Part shown: positions 1 to 11,663 of the stretch, piece after piece
Layout: every line of letters starts with the position of its first letter
Position numbering within the stretch: the first letter of the stretch is position 1
Assembly (NCBI GenBank): GCA_023205875.1
Contig: CP060754.1
Location: forward strand, 1,736,001 to 1,800,000
Origin: Chloropicon primus
Lineage: Eukaryota
Reading direction: 5' to 3'
Length of the DNA stretch: 64,000 bases
Made by a program: the position numbers and the translations under genes
Notes under the pieces: generated by a model
What the model saw: the letters and a program-made list of their open reading frames with translations, nothing else
What the model was told of the DNA's origin: nothing
Database searches by the model: none

Positions 1-375
1 GTTCCTCCTTCCCTTCCCTCCCGTGTCCCCCTCCCCTCCCCTTCAAGAGAATCCCTCTCCTCGCCCTCACCCTCACCCTCGTGCGCTCCCCCTCGTGCGC
101 TTGATCGCGATCCCTTGGTTCCGCTTTGGCCCTCGCGCTCTTCTTCTTCCCTCCATTTTGAAGGTTCCCGTTGAGGCGAAGGAAAAAGGAAAAAAAGGTT
201 TGAAGAGAAAAGAGCGACAGAGCGACAGACACAGACGACCACGACGAGGACGACCACGACCACAGACGACGAGGACGACGAGGACGAGGACGAGGACGAG
301 GGCGACGAGGAGGAGGAGGGCGAGGGCGAGGGCACAGGGAGGGAGGGAGTTTTTGTTTTTTGTGGGGGAGAGAGG

Positions 376-1102
376 ATGGTAGGACTTGCGGATATGTCTT
401 CCGTGTCGAGGGAGAATATAGAGGTCATGGACGCGCTCATTGGGAACTTCACGTTGTACGACGACGTGAACAAGGTGTATGACATACTGAAGGGGCACAG
501 GAAGCTGAGCATGCTGTGCGAGGAGAAGGATGCGAGTGCGAAGGAGTCCATCAAGCAGCTTCAGAAGCAGGTGGAAGGACTCGAGAGGGAGAGGGAGGAC
601 CTCGTGGCGCAGAACGAGGAGGAGAAGAGGCACGAGAACGACAAACTCAAGCGACAGGTAAGTCCCCCGCAAGGACACGGAGGAGAGCGTGCAAGAAAAG
701 ACACGCACGCACGCGCGTGCAGCGGCTGACTGACCGACGAAATCGTTCTCTCCCCAGCTCGCGAAAGCGGAGGCCGAGGCCGAGGCCATGGAGGAAAACA
801 TCAAGGAGCTGCAGGTCGAGAGAGACGAGCTGAAGGCTAGCCTTGTTCAGACGGAAGACAAGTACATGGATAGAACAAAGCAGCTCAGCGAGCAAGAGCA
901 TCGGGTGAAGCACGAGCTGAGTCTCTTCGCTCACATCTCCAAGATCAACTGGACGGCAACTGACGAGGTGGGAGGCAAGAACGAAATCAGGGGAGTGATC
1001 TCCAAGACAAATCAGGGTGACCTGAACACGTTCTGCTTCGATACGAAGAAGACGTCGAGATTCCACATCGCAAACAAGCTGTGGGACGCCATGGACGAGT
1101 GA
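376..1102 (+). CDS. SPC24: Kinetochore NDC80-complex subunit Spc24; exons 376-657 and 758-1102
   Basis: Intron 658-757 (GTAAGT...GCTGAC...CCCCAG) joins ORFs 376 and 788 in phase 0. A coiled coil is followed by the Spc24-like C-terminus LSLFAHISKINW...FD...SRFHIANKLWD. Start may instead be ATG 394. Confidence 0.75.
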
Positions 1103-1247
1103 AGCAACGAACTGATACTGTATAAAATGAGCCCAACGAAAACAAAAAAATTTGTACATAGTGCCCTTTACCTACCAGACACTCGTCAGGGCTTGCTGCC
1201 CACAAAAAAATAAGGACCTTGAAACTCCTTGCCCCCGCGGCGCCAAA

Positions 1248-3068
1248 TCAGCAAGGGCCAAAAAGAACGTTCATGAGGAAAGGATCGCGGTGGATTCCCT
1301 CCTTGAACTCTTCGTACGTGATCTTCCCGTCGTGATTCATGTCAAACCTCTCAAACAGGTCGCCCAAGATATCCCCCAGAAGAGAGTGGCTGCGGACGAC
1401 GGCGCTGTGAAGACCCTCCGATCCTTGCTCCGCGGGGGGGCTCGTGCTTGTGATGTAAATATCTTCTTCGCCTCCCTTCCTCTTCTTGTCGGCATGCGAA
1501 TTCGCGAAAGATGTGAGCATTTCATTCTTCAGCCTCATGGAAGCCAGCATGTCGTACAGCTCCTCCCGAGAGATCCAACCCGAGTCGTCCACGTCGTATA
1601 TCTTGAAACACATTTTGATCCGATCCTCCCCGGCGCCCGCTTGCATGGCGCCAAGGCCAACGATGAACTCCCTGAAGTCGACAGCGCCGTCGCCGTTGGT
1701 GTCGAACAGCTGAAACATGCGATTCAGAACAGGGGGGCAAGAGCTGGATCCCTCGCCCTTGGGATCCGAAGCCGGCGAGGCCACGTGGGCCGTGGCGCTC
1801 GGCGGCAGCCTGGACACCATCACCCTCTGGAAACTCTCGAAATCGATGTCGGTGGTCTTGCCGCAAACCCTCTTGAACTCCGTCTTGAGCTCTTGCAGCT
1901 GCTGCGGGCTGAAGTGTATCGAGGTGATGTCGTCCTCAATGGCACAACTGCCTCCCAGACTGGCGATCGTGTTGTGAAGCTTGGAGATCTTTGCCCTGTG
2001 TATGTGTATGCAAGCCAAAGCCGCGGCCCTGAATTTCCTCTTGGCGTTGAACGCCTTGATTCCCTCGAGCGACTCCACCAGGTGGAGGTCCGAGTAACCG
2101 CAGGCTCCCGTCACCCAAGGGTGCCTCAGGATGTCGGCGCAAGTGAACCTCTTCTGGGCGTCGAGCACGAGGAGCTGAGAAATCAGGTTCTTCGCGGCGC
2201 TTGAGATCTTCGACCACACCGGGTGGACGAAGCTATAGTCGCACTTGATGATCTTCTGCAGCTTGGCCGTGGTGTTGTGGGCCCCGAACGGCGGCGAGCC
2301 GCTCAATAATATAAATGTGATGACGCCGAGCGACCACATGTCCCCCGCTTTCGTGTACCACCTCCTGGTGAGGACCTCGGGCGCGATGTAGTCGATGGAG
2401 CCCAGCAGCTTGCTCTGCATGGGGTCGGCCGTGCCCTCCTTGTGGCTGAGGCCGAAGTCCGTGATCTTTATCTCCGAGTCCGCGCTGCTCGTCTTGTAGA
2501 GCAAGTTCTCCGGCTTCATGTCCCGGTGGATCACGCCCTTCTCGTGCAGCTCGTGCAGCCCGGAGGCGACCTGCCTCACGATGTCGGCCGCGTCCCTCTC
2601 CGAGAAGAGGGCCGTCTCCTGCACGCTCTTCTGCTGCTGCATCTGCAGCCGTATCTCCTTGTGCATCTCCTGCAGCTTGAGCTCTATCCTGTAAAACAGC
2701 TCGCCGCCCTTGCACAGCTCTTGCACCAGGTGGACCTTCGTGTCCTCGTCGAAGATGTCAACCAGGGAGACCACGTTCGGGTGGTCCACGTGGTCCGCCA
2801 GGTAGGACACTATCATGACCTCGTTCTTAATCATGGTGAGGTCCTCCGCCTCGACCCCTTTCTGCTCGCTCTGGGAGCGGGAAGCCTTCACCTTCATCAG
2901 GGTCTTCACCGCGACTTGCTCGCCCGTCCTCTTGTGCGTCGCGAGCCGGACGGTGCTGAATCCCCCCGCACCGAGCTCCTCCCCGAGGACGTACTCGTCG
3001 GCCAGGTCCCCGTCCACCTCCTCCCAGGACGAGTCCCCCGCCGCAAGCCCCCCGCCGCTCTCCTCCAT
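1248..3068 (-). CDS. CCaMK: Calcium- and calcium/calmodulin-dependent protein kinase (CCaMK/DMI3-like)
   Basis: Kinase motifs LGAGGFSTVR, HRDMKPEN, DFG and LLGSIDYIAPE. Autoinhibitory/CaM-binding segment FNAKRKFRAAAL. Three EF-hands (DTNGDGAVDFRE, DVDDSGWISREE, DMNHDGKITYEE). First ATG at 3068. Confidence 0.85.
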   Translation of the reverse strand: MEESGGGLAAGDSSWEEVDGDLADEYVLGEELGAGGFSTVRLATHKRTGEQVAVKTLMKVKASRSQSEQKGVEAEDLTMIKNEVMIVSYLADHVDHPNVVSLVDIFDEDTKVHLVQELCKGGELFYRIELKLQEMHKEIRLQMQQQKSVQETALFSERDAADIVRQVASGLHELHEKGVIHRDMKPENLLYKTSSADSEIKITDFGLSHKEGTADPMQSKLLGSIDYIAPEVLTRRWYTKAGDMWSLGVITFILLSGSPPFGAHNTTAKLQKIIKCDYSFVHPVWSKISSAAKNLISQLLVLDAQKRFTCADILRHPWVTGACGYSDLHLVESLEGIKAFNAKRKFRAAALACIHIHRAKISKLHNTIASLGGSCAIEDDITSIHFSPQQLQELKTEFKRVCGKTTDIDFESFQRVMVSRLPPSATAHVASPASDPKGEGSSSCPPVLNRMFQLFDTNGDGAVDFREFIVGLGAMQAGAGEDRIKMCFKIYDVDDSGWISREELYDMLASMRLKNEMLTSFANSHADKKRKGGEEDIYITSTSPPAEQGSEGLHSAVVRSHSLLGDILGDLFERFDMNHDGKITYEEFKEGIHRDPFLMNVLFGPC

Positions 3069-3366
3069 CTCGTCCCCGCCGTCCCGAACGAACCAAAGCG
3101 CTTCCTCCTCTCTCGCGAGGGCCGTTACGCAGCCGCCCGTCGAAAAAATGAGTGACGCCCTCGTGAAGAGGCAATGAACCAATCGCTATGAAGAGGCAAT
3201 GGACCAATGACAATGGCGGGAGAGCTCGGAGGGAGGAGGGGAGAGCTCTCCTCAACGGGGGGGAAGGAGAGGGGAACTTGGGTTCCTTTTGCTTTTACTT
3301 TTACTTTTTGTGGTTCTATGTCTATTTCTGTCCGCGCCGAAATCGTCACCGTCGTTACTTGTTCCG

Positions 3367-4038
3367 TCAGATCGTCCAGGGGTTCTCGACGAGGACCTCG
3401 TTGGAGCTCCCGTGGTGGTGGACCATCTTCCACTCGCCCTTCTGCTTCTCAAAGATGTTCGTGGCGATAATCTTGCCCATCGTGGCCCCCGAGTCCACGC
3501 TCTCCGTGCACGTGACCAGAGCCGAGTTGCCGCCCGCCAAGGAGTGGATTTCCACCTGATCGACCTTGATGTCGTACCCCCCCACGCTGAAGATGTGCTT
3601 CCAGCTGGTGAGGACCCCGTCCCTTCCCATGATGCACCCCGCCCCGGGGTGGACGACCCGGCAGTGGTCCCCGTGGCCCCACACCTGCGCCATCTCCGTC
3701 ATGCTCCCGTTCCCAAAGGCCCTGTAGAAGCTCTCGTTGGCGTCCGCGATCTGTACCTTGTCGGCCTCAGTGAGCCTCTTGATCTCGTCCCTCACGCTCG
3801 CCGCCCTCTCGTAGTCCTCCCCCTCGATCGCCTGCTCGAGCGCGGACCGCAGCCGGCCCACCTCGTCGACCGAGGCCTCGTCGCCCCCCTGGCACCGGCA
3901 CGCCCCAGCAGCCTCCCCTCGTCGGCGACGACGACCCGCGCGAAGGTCGCGCCGCAGGACGACGTCGAACCCCGCCGTAGCGCGCAACCCCGTGCCCGAG
4001 GAGCCGAGGCCGGCCATCCTTCTGGTGACGCTTACCAT
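3367..4038 (-). CDS. UVR (UvrB/C) motif plus SnoaL/NTF2-like domain protein, probably plastid-targeted
   Basis: UVR motif LEQAIEGEDYERAASVRDEI. SnoaL_3-like ANESFYRAF...W...HPG...G...W...ATNIF...WKMVHHHGS. Arg/Gly-rich N-terminus. Confidence 0.75.
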   Translation of the reverse strand: MVSVTRRMAGLGSSGTGLRATAGFDVVLRRDLRAGRRRRRGEAAGACRCQGGDEASVDEVGRLRSALEQAIEGEDYERAASVRDEIKRLTEADKVQIADANESFYRAFGNGSMTEMAQVWGHGDHCRVVHPGAGCIMGRDGVLTSWKHIFSVGGYDIKVDQVEIHSLAGGNSALVTCTESVDSGATMGKIIATNIFEKQKGEWKMVHHHGSSNEVLVENPWTI

Positions 4039-4255
4039 GATGACAACGATGTTGACAACGATGTGACGATGATGATGTTGATGTTGATGTTGATGTCTTG
4101 GGCGTGTCACTCTCAGATCGCGAAGAAATTAGACAATACCGAGGTGAGGAGATCTCGAAAGGTCCAACCGTCTTCGACAACCAACCTCCTGGCCCACCCA
4201 ACAACCCCCAAACCCCTCTCGCTCCCCTCTGTCCAGATCTCCACAGAGCAGAGCG

Positions 4256-4258
<3 letters not shown>

Positions 4259-4316
<58 letters not shown>
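4259..4316. repeat. (AG)29 microsatellite
   Basis: Perfect AG dinucleotide run in the divergent intergenic region. Confidence 0.97.
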
Positions 4317-4319
<3 letters not shown>

Positions 4320-4780
4320 GCTGGGTTCCCCCGACCGTGTCCAGCCGTGTCGAACGCGACCACCTCTGGAAAGATCTCTCGACGCTCTTTCGTTTGATCG
4401 AATCCCCTTCACCCCCCTCGTCGAGCGCGCCCTTCCCTTCCCTCTCTGTCGGAAGCGCGTGAAGTGAGGTCGTTTTTGAGGTGTATTTGTTTACACTTGT
4501 TGTGAATGGGGGCGGCGGCCAGGAGAGGAAGAGGAAGAGAGAGAAGAGGGAGGGAACCCAAGAGGGAGAGGGGACCACCGACGACGCACGAGGTCGGGTA
4601 CCACGAGGGGGGGGTCTCTTGCCTTGGGAGAGGAGTGGATTCGGGGGGGGAGGGGAAAGGGAAGGACGCGGACGCGGAAAGACTCGCTCTAACTCTTGGG
4701 GAAGAGTGATCCAATTCTGAATCCGATTCCGAATCCGATCCAGAGGGGCGAGGAGAGGAGAGGAGAAGAGTATCAGTATC

Positions 4781-7435
4781 ATGTCGGGAGGGGGAGAGGA
4801 GGAGTTCAAGGAGGGAGTGCCGCCACCAGGGATGGGGCTTGCCTCGCGAGAGAGGGAGAGGGACAACGGGAACGGAGGGGGGTACGGAGGTCGACCCGAG
4901 AGAGGGAGAGGGGGTTCGCGTGGGTTTCGAGGCAGGGGGGGGTACCGCGGAGGCCGCTCGGGGCGAGGGGACAGAGGGGATTACGATAACCACTCCCACG
5001 GCCCTCCTCGAGGACAGGGTCGGGGAGGGGGCGGCCGGCACAACCGCCTGGAAGGGACCGTGGAGTCCCTGAAGGAGATCTACCCGGCGGAAGGCGAGGA
5101 GGAAAAGCAGCCCGTGTCGTACGAAGGATTCATCGCGATCTCCGGGGGCGGTTTCCAGAACAGCGGGGGGAACGCTGGGGAGGGCGCGGCAAAGTTCCAC
5201 TTCAAGGAGGAGGACGTCATGGGTAAGACGAAGCTCTCCCTGGGCGATAAGGTCGAGTTCTACAAGTTTGATTCGGGCCAGCCCTCGGACCAGGGCCTCC
5301 GGGCGACGAGAGTGAGGGCGATCCTGGAGAGGGGGGACAGCAGGAGGAGGAGGGACCAGCAAGGCGGGGGCGAGGGAAGGCAGGGGCCGGGGGCGAGCGG
5401 CAACGCGAGCAGCAGCAGCATGGCAAAGAACGCCGGTATGTTTCACCTCGGCGTGGTCGTGGCTTTGAAGGAGACCTACGGCTTCCTCCTCAGCCTCAAG
5501 ACCGGGTCCCAGTACTTCTTCCACTTCAGCGAGTTCATCGGGAGCAGCAGGTTGAACCCGAGGGTGGCACCACCCGAGCTGGACATCGGGATCGTTGTCA
5601 GGTTCGTTCTGGCCAAGAATCCGGCCACCGGGAAGGACATCGGAAAGAGCTTGTGCCTGGTGTCCGAGAACGGGAGGCCCCAATTCACCCTGCAGGAGTC
5701 GGAAGAGAGGCTGGTGGGAACTTTGGTCAGGGCGCCCTCTGACCTGAACCTCCTGGAGGATATCGGCGACGGACTGGTCGAGTTTGAGGTTGCCTCCGGG
5801 GGGAAGAAGGGGCAGGATTCCGAGAACAAGAAGCAGACTGCGATCGTTTGCAAGAAGCAGCTCAACGAGAGCCACGTGCAGATCGACGAGAACGACACTG
5901 TGTACTTTGACTGCTACAGGAGCGACTCGGTCAACTTCTGCATCGCAAAGAACGTGGTTCTGATGAAGAAGCCTCACGAGACGTTTGACGACGACAAGAG
6001 GGAGTTGGGGGTGATCTCAGTGCTCAAGGGAAGCTTTGGGTTCATTGCCTGCACAGAGAGGATGGCGGACGTGTTCCTGCACTTGAGTCAGATATCCGAT
6101 GTCCCGAAAGAGGAGCTCGCTGTTGGAAGGGACGTGGACTTCAGGGTTGCCAGGGGCGCAGAGACTGGAAGGCTGCAGGCCATGGACATCAAGCTTGCGG
6201 AGCCCGGGTCTGCGGTGTTTGAGGAGATTGAGGAGGGCGTCTACGATGGCACGGTCGTGGAGCGCCTGCCCAACCCCAACCTGAGGAAGTCGAACCCCTC
6301 GCTGCTTCTGACGGGGCTGATCGAGGGAATGGTGGACGGAAGGCTTCAGAAGTTTCCCTTCATGCACACCGACAGAGAGAACAAGAAGCTGTACCCAAAG
6401 CAGGGCGATAAGGTCACCTTCCAAATTGTTACAGACCTGAAGAGGGAGAGGGCTGCCAAGCAGGCGGGTAAGCCAGGACTTGGTAGGAGGGCTACCAAGA
6501 TTGTCGTTAAGACCATAGAAGGCACCGTGGCAGCCATGAAGGGTAGCTTTGGCTTCATCGAGTACGACAAGCCAAAGCTGGAGGGCAAGATCGAGGAGAG
6601 CGAGAGCGAGCCTGCCGCGGCCAAGCCAGAGGAGAAGAAGTACGAGACGAAGAAGGACGAGACGACATTGCCGACTTCTGACGATGGGGCGGAGGCGACC
6701 GAAGAGGGTGACAAGAAACCTGACGAGGCAACTTCTGAGGACGGCGCGGACGCCAAGGAGGACGATAAGCCTGGCGCGGACGCCAAGGAGGACGATAAGC
6801 CTGGCGCGGACGCCAAGGAGGACGATAAGCCTGGCGTGGACGCCAAGGAGGACGATAAGCCTGGCGCGGACGCCAAGGAGGACGATAAGCCTGGCGTGGA
6901 CGCCAAGGAGGACGATAAGCCTGGCGTGGACGCCAAGGAGGACGATAAGCCTGGCGTGGACGCCAAGGAGGACGATAAGCCTGGGAAGGCCCCCGAGAAG
7001 AAGAAAAGGAGGGAGAAGGAGGGAAGAATATTCTTCCACATCAGCGAGGTCATGGACAACCTCGTTCTGAAAGTGGGCGATACCGTGGAGTTCATCGAGT
7101 GCATCAACAGCAGAACCAAGGAGCTGAACGCCAGGAAGATCAAGAGGACGAAGGAGGCTCCTGTCAGAACCCCACCTACTTCCTATGAGAAGCCCGCCAA
7201 GGTGGAGCGGCCAGACCACCTCAAATTCGGAAGTGAGACGAGGCTGGCGATGAGGCTGGCGAAAGGACCAGACGGGACGAGGGGATTCTCGCGCGAGTAC
7301 CAAGAGTCCAGAGGAAAGGCGTTCCCAGATCCCGTCGAGGAAGTGGAGGAGGAAGTGGGCCTCAACGTTTCTGCTGCCCCTTTCGTCCCCAACATTGCTG
7401 CTACGCCCTTCGTCCCGGCGAACAAAAAAGAGTAA
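4781..7435 (+). CDS. Multi cold-shock-domain RNA-binding protein, CSDE1/UNR-like
   Basis: N-terminal RGG tract. Repeated CSD motifs (YGFL...YFFHFSE; SFGFI...VFLHLSQ; SFGFI...IFFHISE). SUZ-C-like RLAKGPDGTRGF. C-terminal PAM2-like LNVSAAPFVP. Confidence 0.8.
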   Translation: MSGGGEEEFKEGVPPPGMGLASRERERDNGNGGGYGGRPERGRGGSRGFRGRGGYRGGRSGRGDRGDYDNHSHGPPRGQGRGGGGRHNRLEGTVESLKEIYPAEGEEEKQPVSYEGFIAISGGGFQNSGGNAGEGAAKFHFKEEDVMGKTKLSLGDKVEFYKFDSGQPSDQGLRATRVRAILERGDSRRRRDQQGGGEGRQGPGASGNASSSSMAKNAGMFHLGVVVALKETYGFLLSLKTGSQYFFHFSEFIGSSRLNPRVAPPELDIGIVVRFVLAKNPATGKDIGKSLCLVSENGRPQFTLQESEERLVGTLVRAPSDLNLLEDIGDGLVEFEVASGGKKGQDSENKKQTAIVCKKQLNESHVQIDENDTVYFDCYRSDSVNFCIAKNVVLMKKPHETFDDDKRELGVISVLKGSFGFIACTERMADVFLHLSQISDVPKEELAVGRDVDFRVARGAETGRLQAMDIKLAEPGSAVFEEIEEGVYDGTVVERLPNPNLRKSNPSLLLTGLIEGMVDGRLQKFPFMHTDRENKKLYPKQGDKVTFQIVTDLKRERAAKQAGKPGLGRRATKIVVKTIEGTVAAMKGSFGFIEYDKPKLEGKIEESESEPAAAKPEEKKYETKKDETTLPTSDDGAEATEEGDKKPDEATSEDGADAKEDDKPGADAKEDDKPGADAKEDDKPGVDAKEDDKPGADAKEDDKPGVDAKEDDKPGVDAKEDDKPGVDAKEDDKPGKAPEKKKRREKEGRIFFHISEVMDNLVLKVGDTVEFIECINSRTKELNARKIKRTKEAPVRTPPTSYEKPAKVERPDHLKFGSETRLAMRLAKGPDGTRGFSREYQESRGKAFPDPVEEVEEEVGLNVSAAPFVPNIAATPFVPANKKE
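6743..6982 (+). repeat. Coding minisatellite, 8 x 30 bp (G[A/V]DAKEDDKP)
   Basis: Unit GGCG[C/T]GGACGCCAAGGAGGACGATAAGCCT with a single variable position. Confidence 0.97.
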
Positions 7436-7545
7436 AACAAACCCTCCTTGTATATTTAATGAAACAACGATTTTTTCTTGGTGCGTGCTCGCGCGCGTGG
7501 GCGTGTTTTGCTGTGTCGGGAATACGTAACAACTCTTATAACAAT

Positions 7546-8633
7546 CTAACAAGTCATTAAAGCCCGCGGCACTAGTGCAAACCTGTTACCTGCTTTGCTC
7601 CAAGCCTGGAAGAGCAGGAGGGCGTCAGTGGCAGTGCGTTGAGTTGAGAGCCGCGTTGTGCGTGCGTGCGTGTGTGTGTGACCAATGAGAAAGGACAAGG
7701 GGCTTACCTCGCTGTATCGCTCGAACCAGAATTCGCTCTCCTCTTCGCACGCGCGCAGCTGCTGCTGGAGCTCTTTCAGTCTCATCTGGCTGCTCCTTTT
7801 TGTGGAGGTGTGGGCTTTCACCGTGCTGGCTGGAAGCTCCAGCAAGGAGGACCCCTCGACCGCGCAGGTCTTCTCGTCCCGCTCGCTCGTGCTCGCGATT
7901 TCTCTCGCGCTTTCCCTCACTCCTGCTACCTTTCCCTCCCACAAAAAAGGAGCGAGGGCACCGGAGGAGCTCGTGGCGTTGCCCTCGGCAAGGACTGGTC
8001 TGCAAACGCACTTGCAATCAAAGAGACCTCCCTCTTCGTCGACGGCCTCCTCCTCGAGCTGCTTCGATGGATGCTTTGGCAGGTGGAGTACCGCCATGGC
8101 AGCGCCTTTCGGGAAGAGGTGGGGGAGAAAGATGTCAGCAAGCGCCTCAAGAAAAAGGCAGCAGATTATCCGACCCCTCACTCACCTTTCCAGGGGTACG
8201 ACGAAGTGAAAGTAGTAAAGTTCGAGAACTGAAACACCATCCCGTAGGACAGCATCGAGAGGAAGCAGTTCCCCAGGAGAAGGATGAGGAGCTGCCCCAC
8301 GGTGAGCGTCAGCTTCGCGTTCAACCAGCATGAGCCGTGGCAAAAAAAATCCTGGTCAAGAAAGACATCCTTCACGGTGTGTTCCACCTGGTCGTGGTGG
8401 ACGAGCACCAGCCTGTGGTTCGCGAACTCGCGGTCGAGCTCCTCCATAAGCGCGCCATTCCCCTCCGAAAGCGCCTCGGTATCCGAGACCTCCTCGTCCT
8501 CCGTCAGGTCTTGTTCCCCCTCCGCTTCCTCGATGACTTGCTCCACACTCTTCTCCACAAAGCCTCGGTCGTCCCCTCGGTTGTGAAGCTCAAGCTCTTC
8601 GAGGAAGACCCACTCGTTGTCGTTACTCTCCAT
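7546..8633 (-). CDS. Hypothetical protein with one hydrophobic segment and a C-terminal coiled coil; exons 8633-8186, 8105-7708, 7605-7546
   Basis: Predicted introns 8106-8185 (GTGAGT...GCTGAC...AAAG) and 7606-7707 (GTAAGC...ACTGAC...CCAG) link ORFs 8178-8642 and 7546-8181 in frame. Confidence 0.55.
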
Positions 8634-8961
8634 GGCGCACAACGTCCTCCCCCCTCCGTCCGCGGTCCGTCGTCAGTCGCTCGCGCGTCCTCGTCTCTTG
8701 TAGGTAAGGAAGAAAGATAAGACTGGTCCACGTGCCGTGTCCAAGGGTCCAAGGAGAATTGCTGCCATGGTGGTGAGTGAGAGACCAACAAGGATGGCAG
8801 ATAGATGATAGAGAGGTGATAGAAGGACAAGAGGGCAGGAGGGAGACCAGGATCCAACGTGCGCTGCGGTCTCGCGACGGTGGTGATCAGAATAGACAAG
8901 CATGGCACTCACATTTGTTTCTACAGCTTGGCTTGCTTATATATCCTAAGTCTTGGGTCCT

Positions 8962-10224
8962 TTACTTTTGCAGGTTTGCGTGCGCATTCGCTTCCTTGGG
9001 GATGATCGTCGCCTTTTCGTGGACCTTCCAATCCCTGGGGTCTATCCTGTCGTCACCCTCCACTGGAGTCTCGTCGTTCAGCGTCTTCGCGATGTCGATC
9101 ACGTACCTCCTCGCCATGCTTCGGTTCGCCGCGAGGTCCACCATGGCGTGGTTCACGTCCTTGGCAGAAATAAGCTCGATGTCCGCCGCGATGTTGTGGT
9201 CCGAACAGAAATCCAGCATGGCTTGCGTCTCCCTTATGCCCCCGATGCAGCTTCCCACGAGGCTTTTTCTGCCCACCACCAGATCGAAGGCCGTGGGAAA
9301 ATGGATCCCGTTCGGCGGAAGTCCCACCAAGCAATATTTCCCAGCCACCTTCAGGAGACTGAAGAAGTTCGAGATTGCGTAGTCGCCCGATATCGTGGAG
9401 ATGATGAGATCGAAGTGGTTCTCGTGCTTCGCCATCTGGTCGGCGTCCGAGCTCAGGAGAAACTTTGCGCCCAACGCCTCGGCCTCCCCGGCCTTCGAGG
9501 CGCTCCGGGAGAGGACCGTGACGGCGCAACCCATCGCAACAGCCAGCTTGACGCCCATGTGGCCCAACCCACCAAACCCTTGAATTCCCACCTGCATGCC
9601 GGCCCCATGCTCGAGGCAGCCAAAAAAGTTCAGAGGACTGAACATGGTGATACCAGCGCACAAGAGAGGCGCCGCCTTGTCCAACGGAAGGTTGTCGGGA
9701 ATACGGAACACGTAGTTCTCGTCCACGGTGATTGAGGCGCTGTATCCCCCGTACAAGATCTCGTTGTTGTTGTCCTTCAAGCAGCAGTTGTAAGTCCCAC
9801 ACATCCTGTCCTCCTTCCCCTCGCAGCCCAAGCAGTAGTTCTCTTCCCCCCTCTTGCAACTCGAGCATGACCTGCAGGAATCGACGAATACCCCGACCCC
9901 CACCTTCTCGCCGATCTTGAACTTGCTCACGTCCTTGCCGACCTTTTCCACCACGCCAACGATCTCGTGTCCCGGCACCATGGGATAGTAGTGCGGAATC
10001 TGCAAACAAGTTGAAGCAAAATGTTAGGTTCAGAACTCACTTCAGAACCTCCGAAGCTCACTTACGCTCCACTCCGCTCGAATCTGGTGGAGATCGCTGT
10101 GGCATATCCCACAAAACAGGACGTTAATATAAACATCGTTGCTCCTGCATTCCCTCCTCTGGATCTTGTGCTTGCTCAGCACCCCCGTCGTGTCCCTCGC
10201 CGCTAAGCTGTCCACCATCTGCAT
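8962..10224 (-). CDS. Zn-dependent NADP alcohol dehydrogenase (cinnamyl-alcohol dehydrogenase/YahK family); exons 10224-10066, 9999-8962
   Basis: CGICHSDLH, GHEIVG, structural Zn cysteines CRSCSSC...C, APLLCAGIT, GFGGLGHMG. Intron 10000-10065 (GTAAGT...TTGCAG). Confidence 0.92.
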
Positions 10225-10506
10225 CTTTGCAAACTCCAAATTCCAAACTCCAAATCCAAACCAACACCTCTGACCCTGGTCGCCCTTGTCGCGGTGCACC
10301 CTCGGCCCCGCCTCTGAATCAAACCAAGCCTCCGTCGCCGTCGTCGTCCTCGTCAGTTATCCACAGTGAAGCCCCCGGCGCCGGGGGAACGAACGTCCTC
10401 TGCAGTTGGCTGACGGCGACGACAGAGAAAGAGAAAGAGGAGAGGAGTGCGCGCTTGTACGACGAGAAGGGAAGGGAAGAGGGTTGGCAAGGTGTTTGTG
10501 GCTTAC

Positions 10507-11663
<1,157 letters not shown>

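Noticed and set aside
1..375. ORFs 23-382 and 73-804
   Set aside because: Low-complexity GAC/GAG repeats in the SPC24 upstream region plus antisense to SPC24; not credible proteins.
1248..1260. CCaMK and GAD both end GPC-TGA, suggesting Cys-Sec readthrough
   Set aside because: Neither family is a selenoprotein, the downstream sequence looks like 3' UTR, and no SECIS was recognised; probably coincidence.
6743..6982. 30-bp repeats as a possible CRISPR array
   Set aside because: The units are contiguous with no spacers, lie in frame within a eukaryotic CDS, and there are no cas genes.
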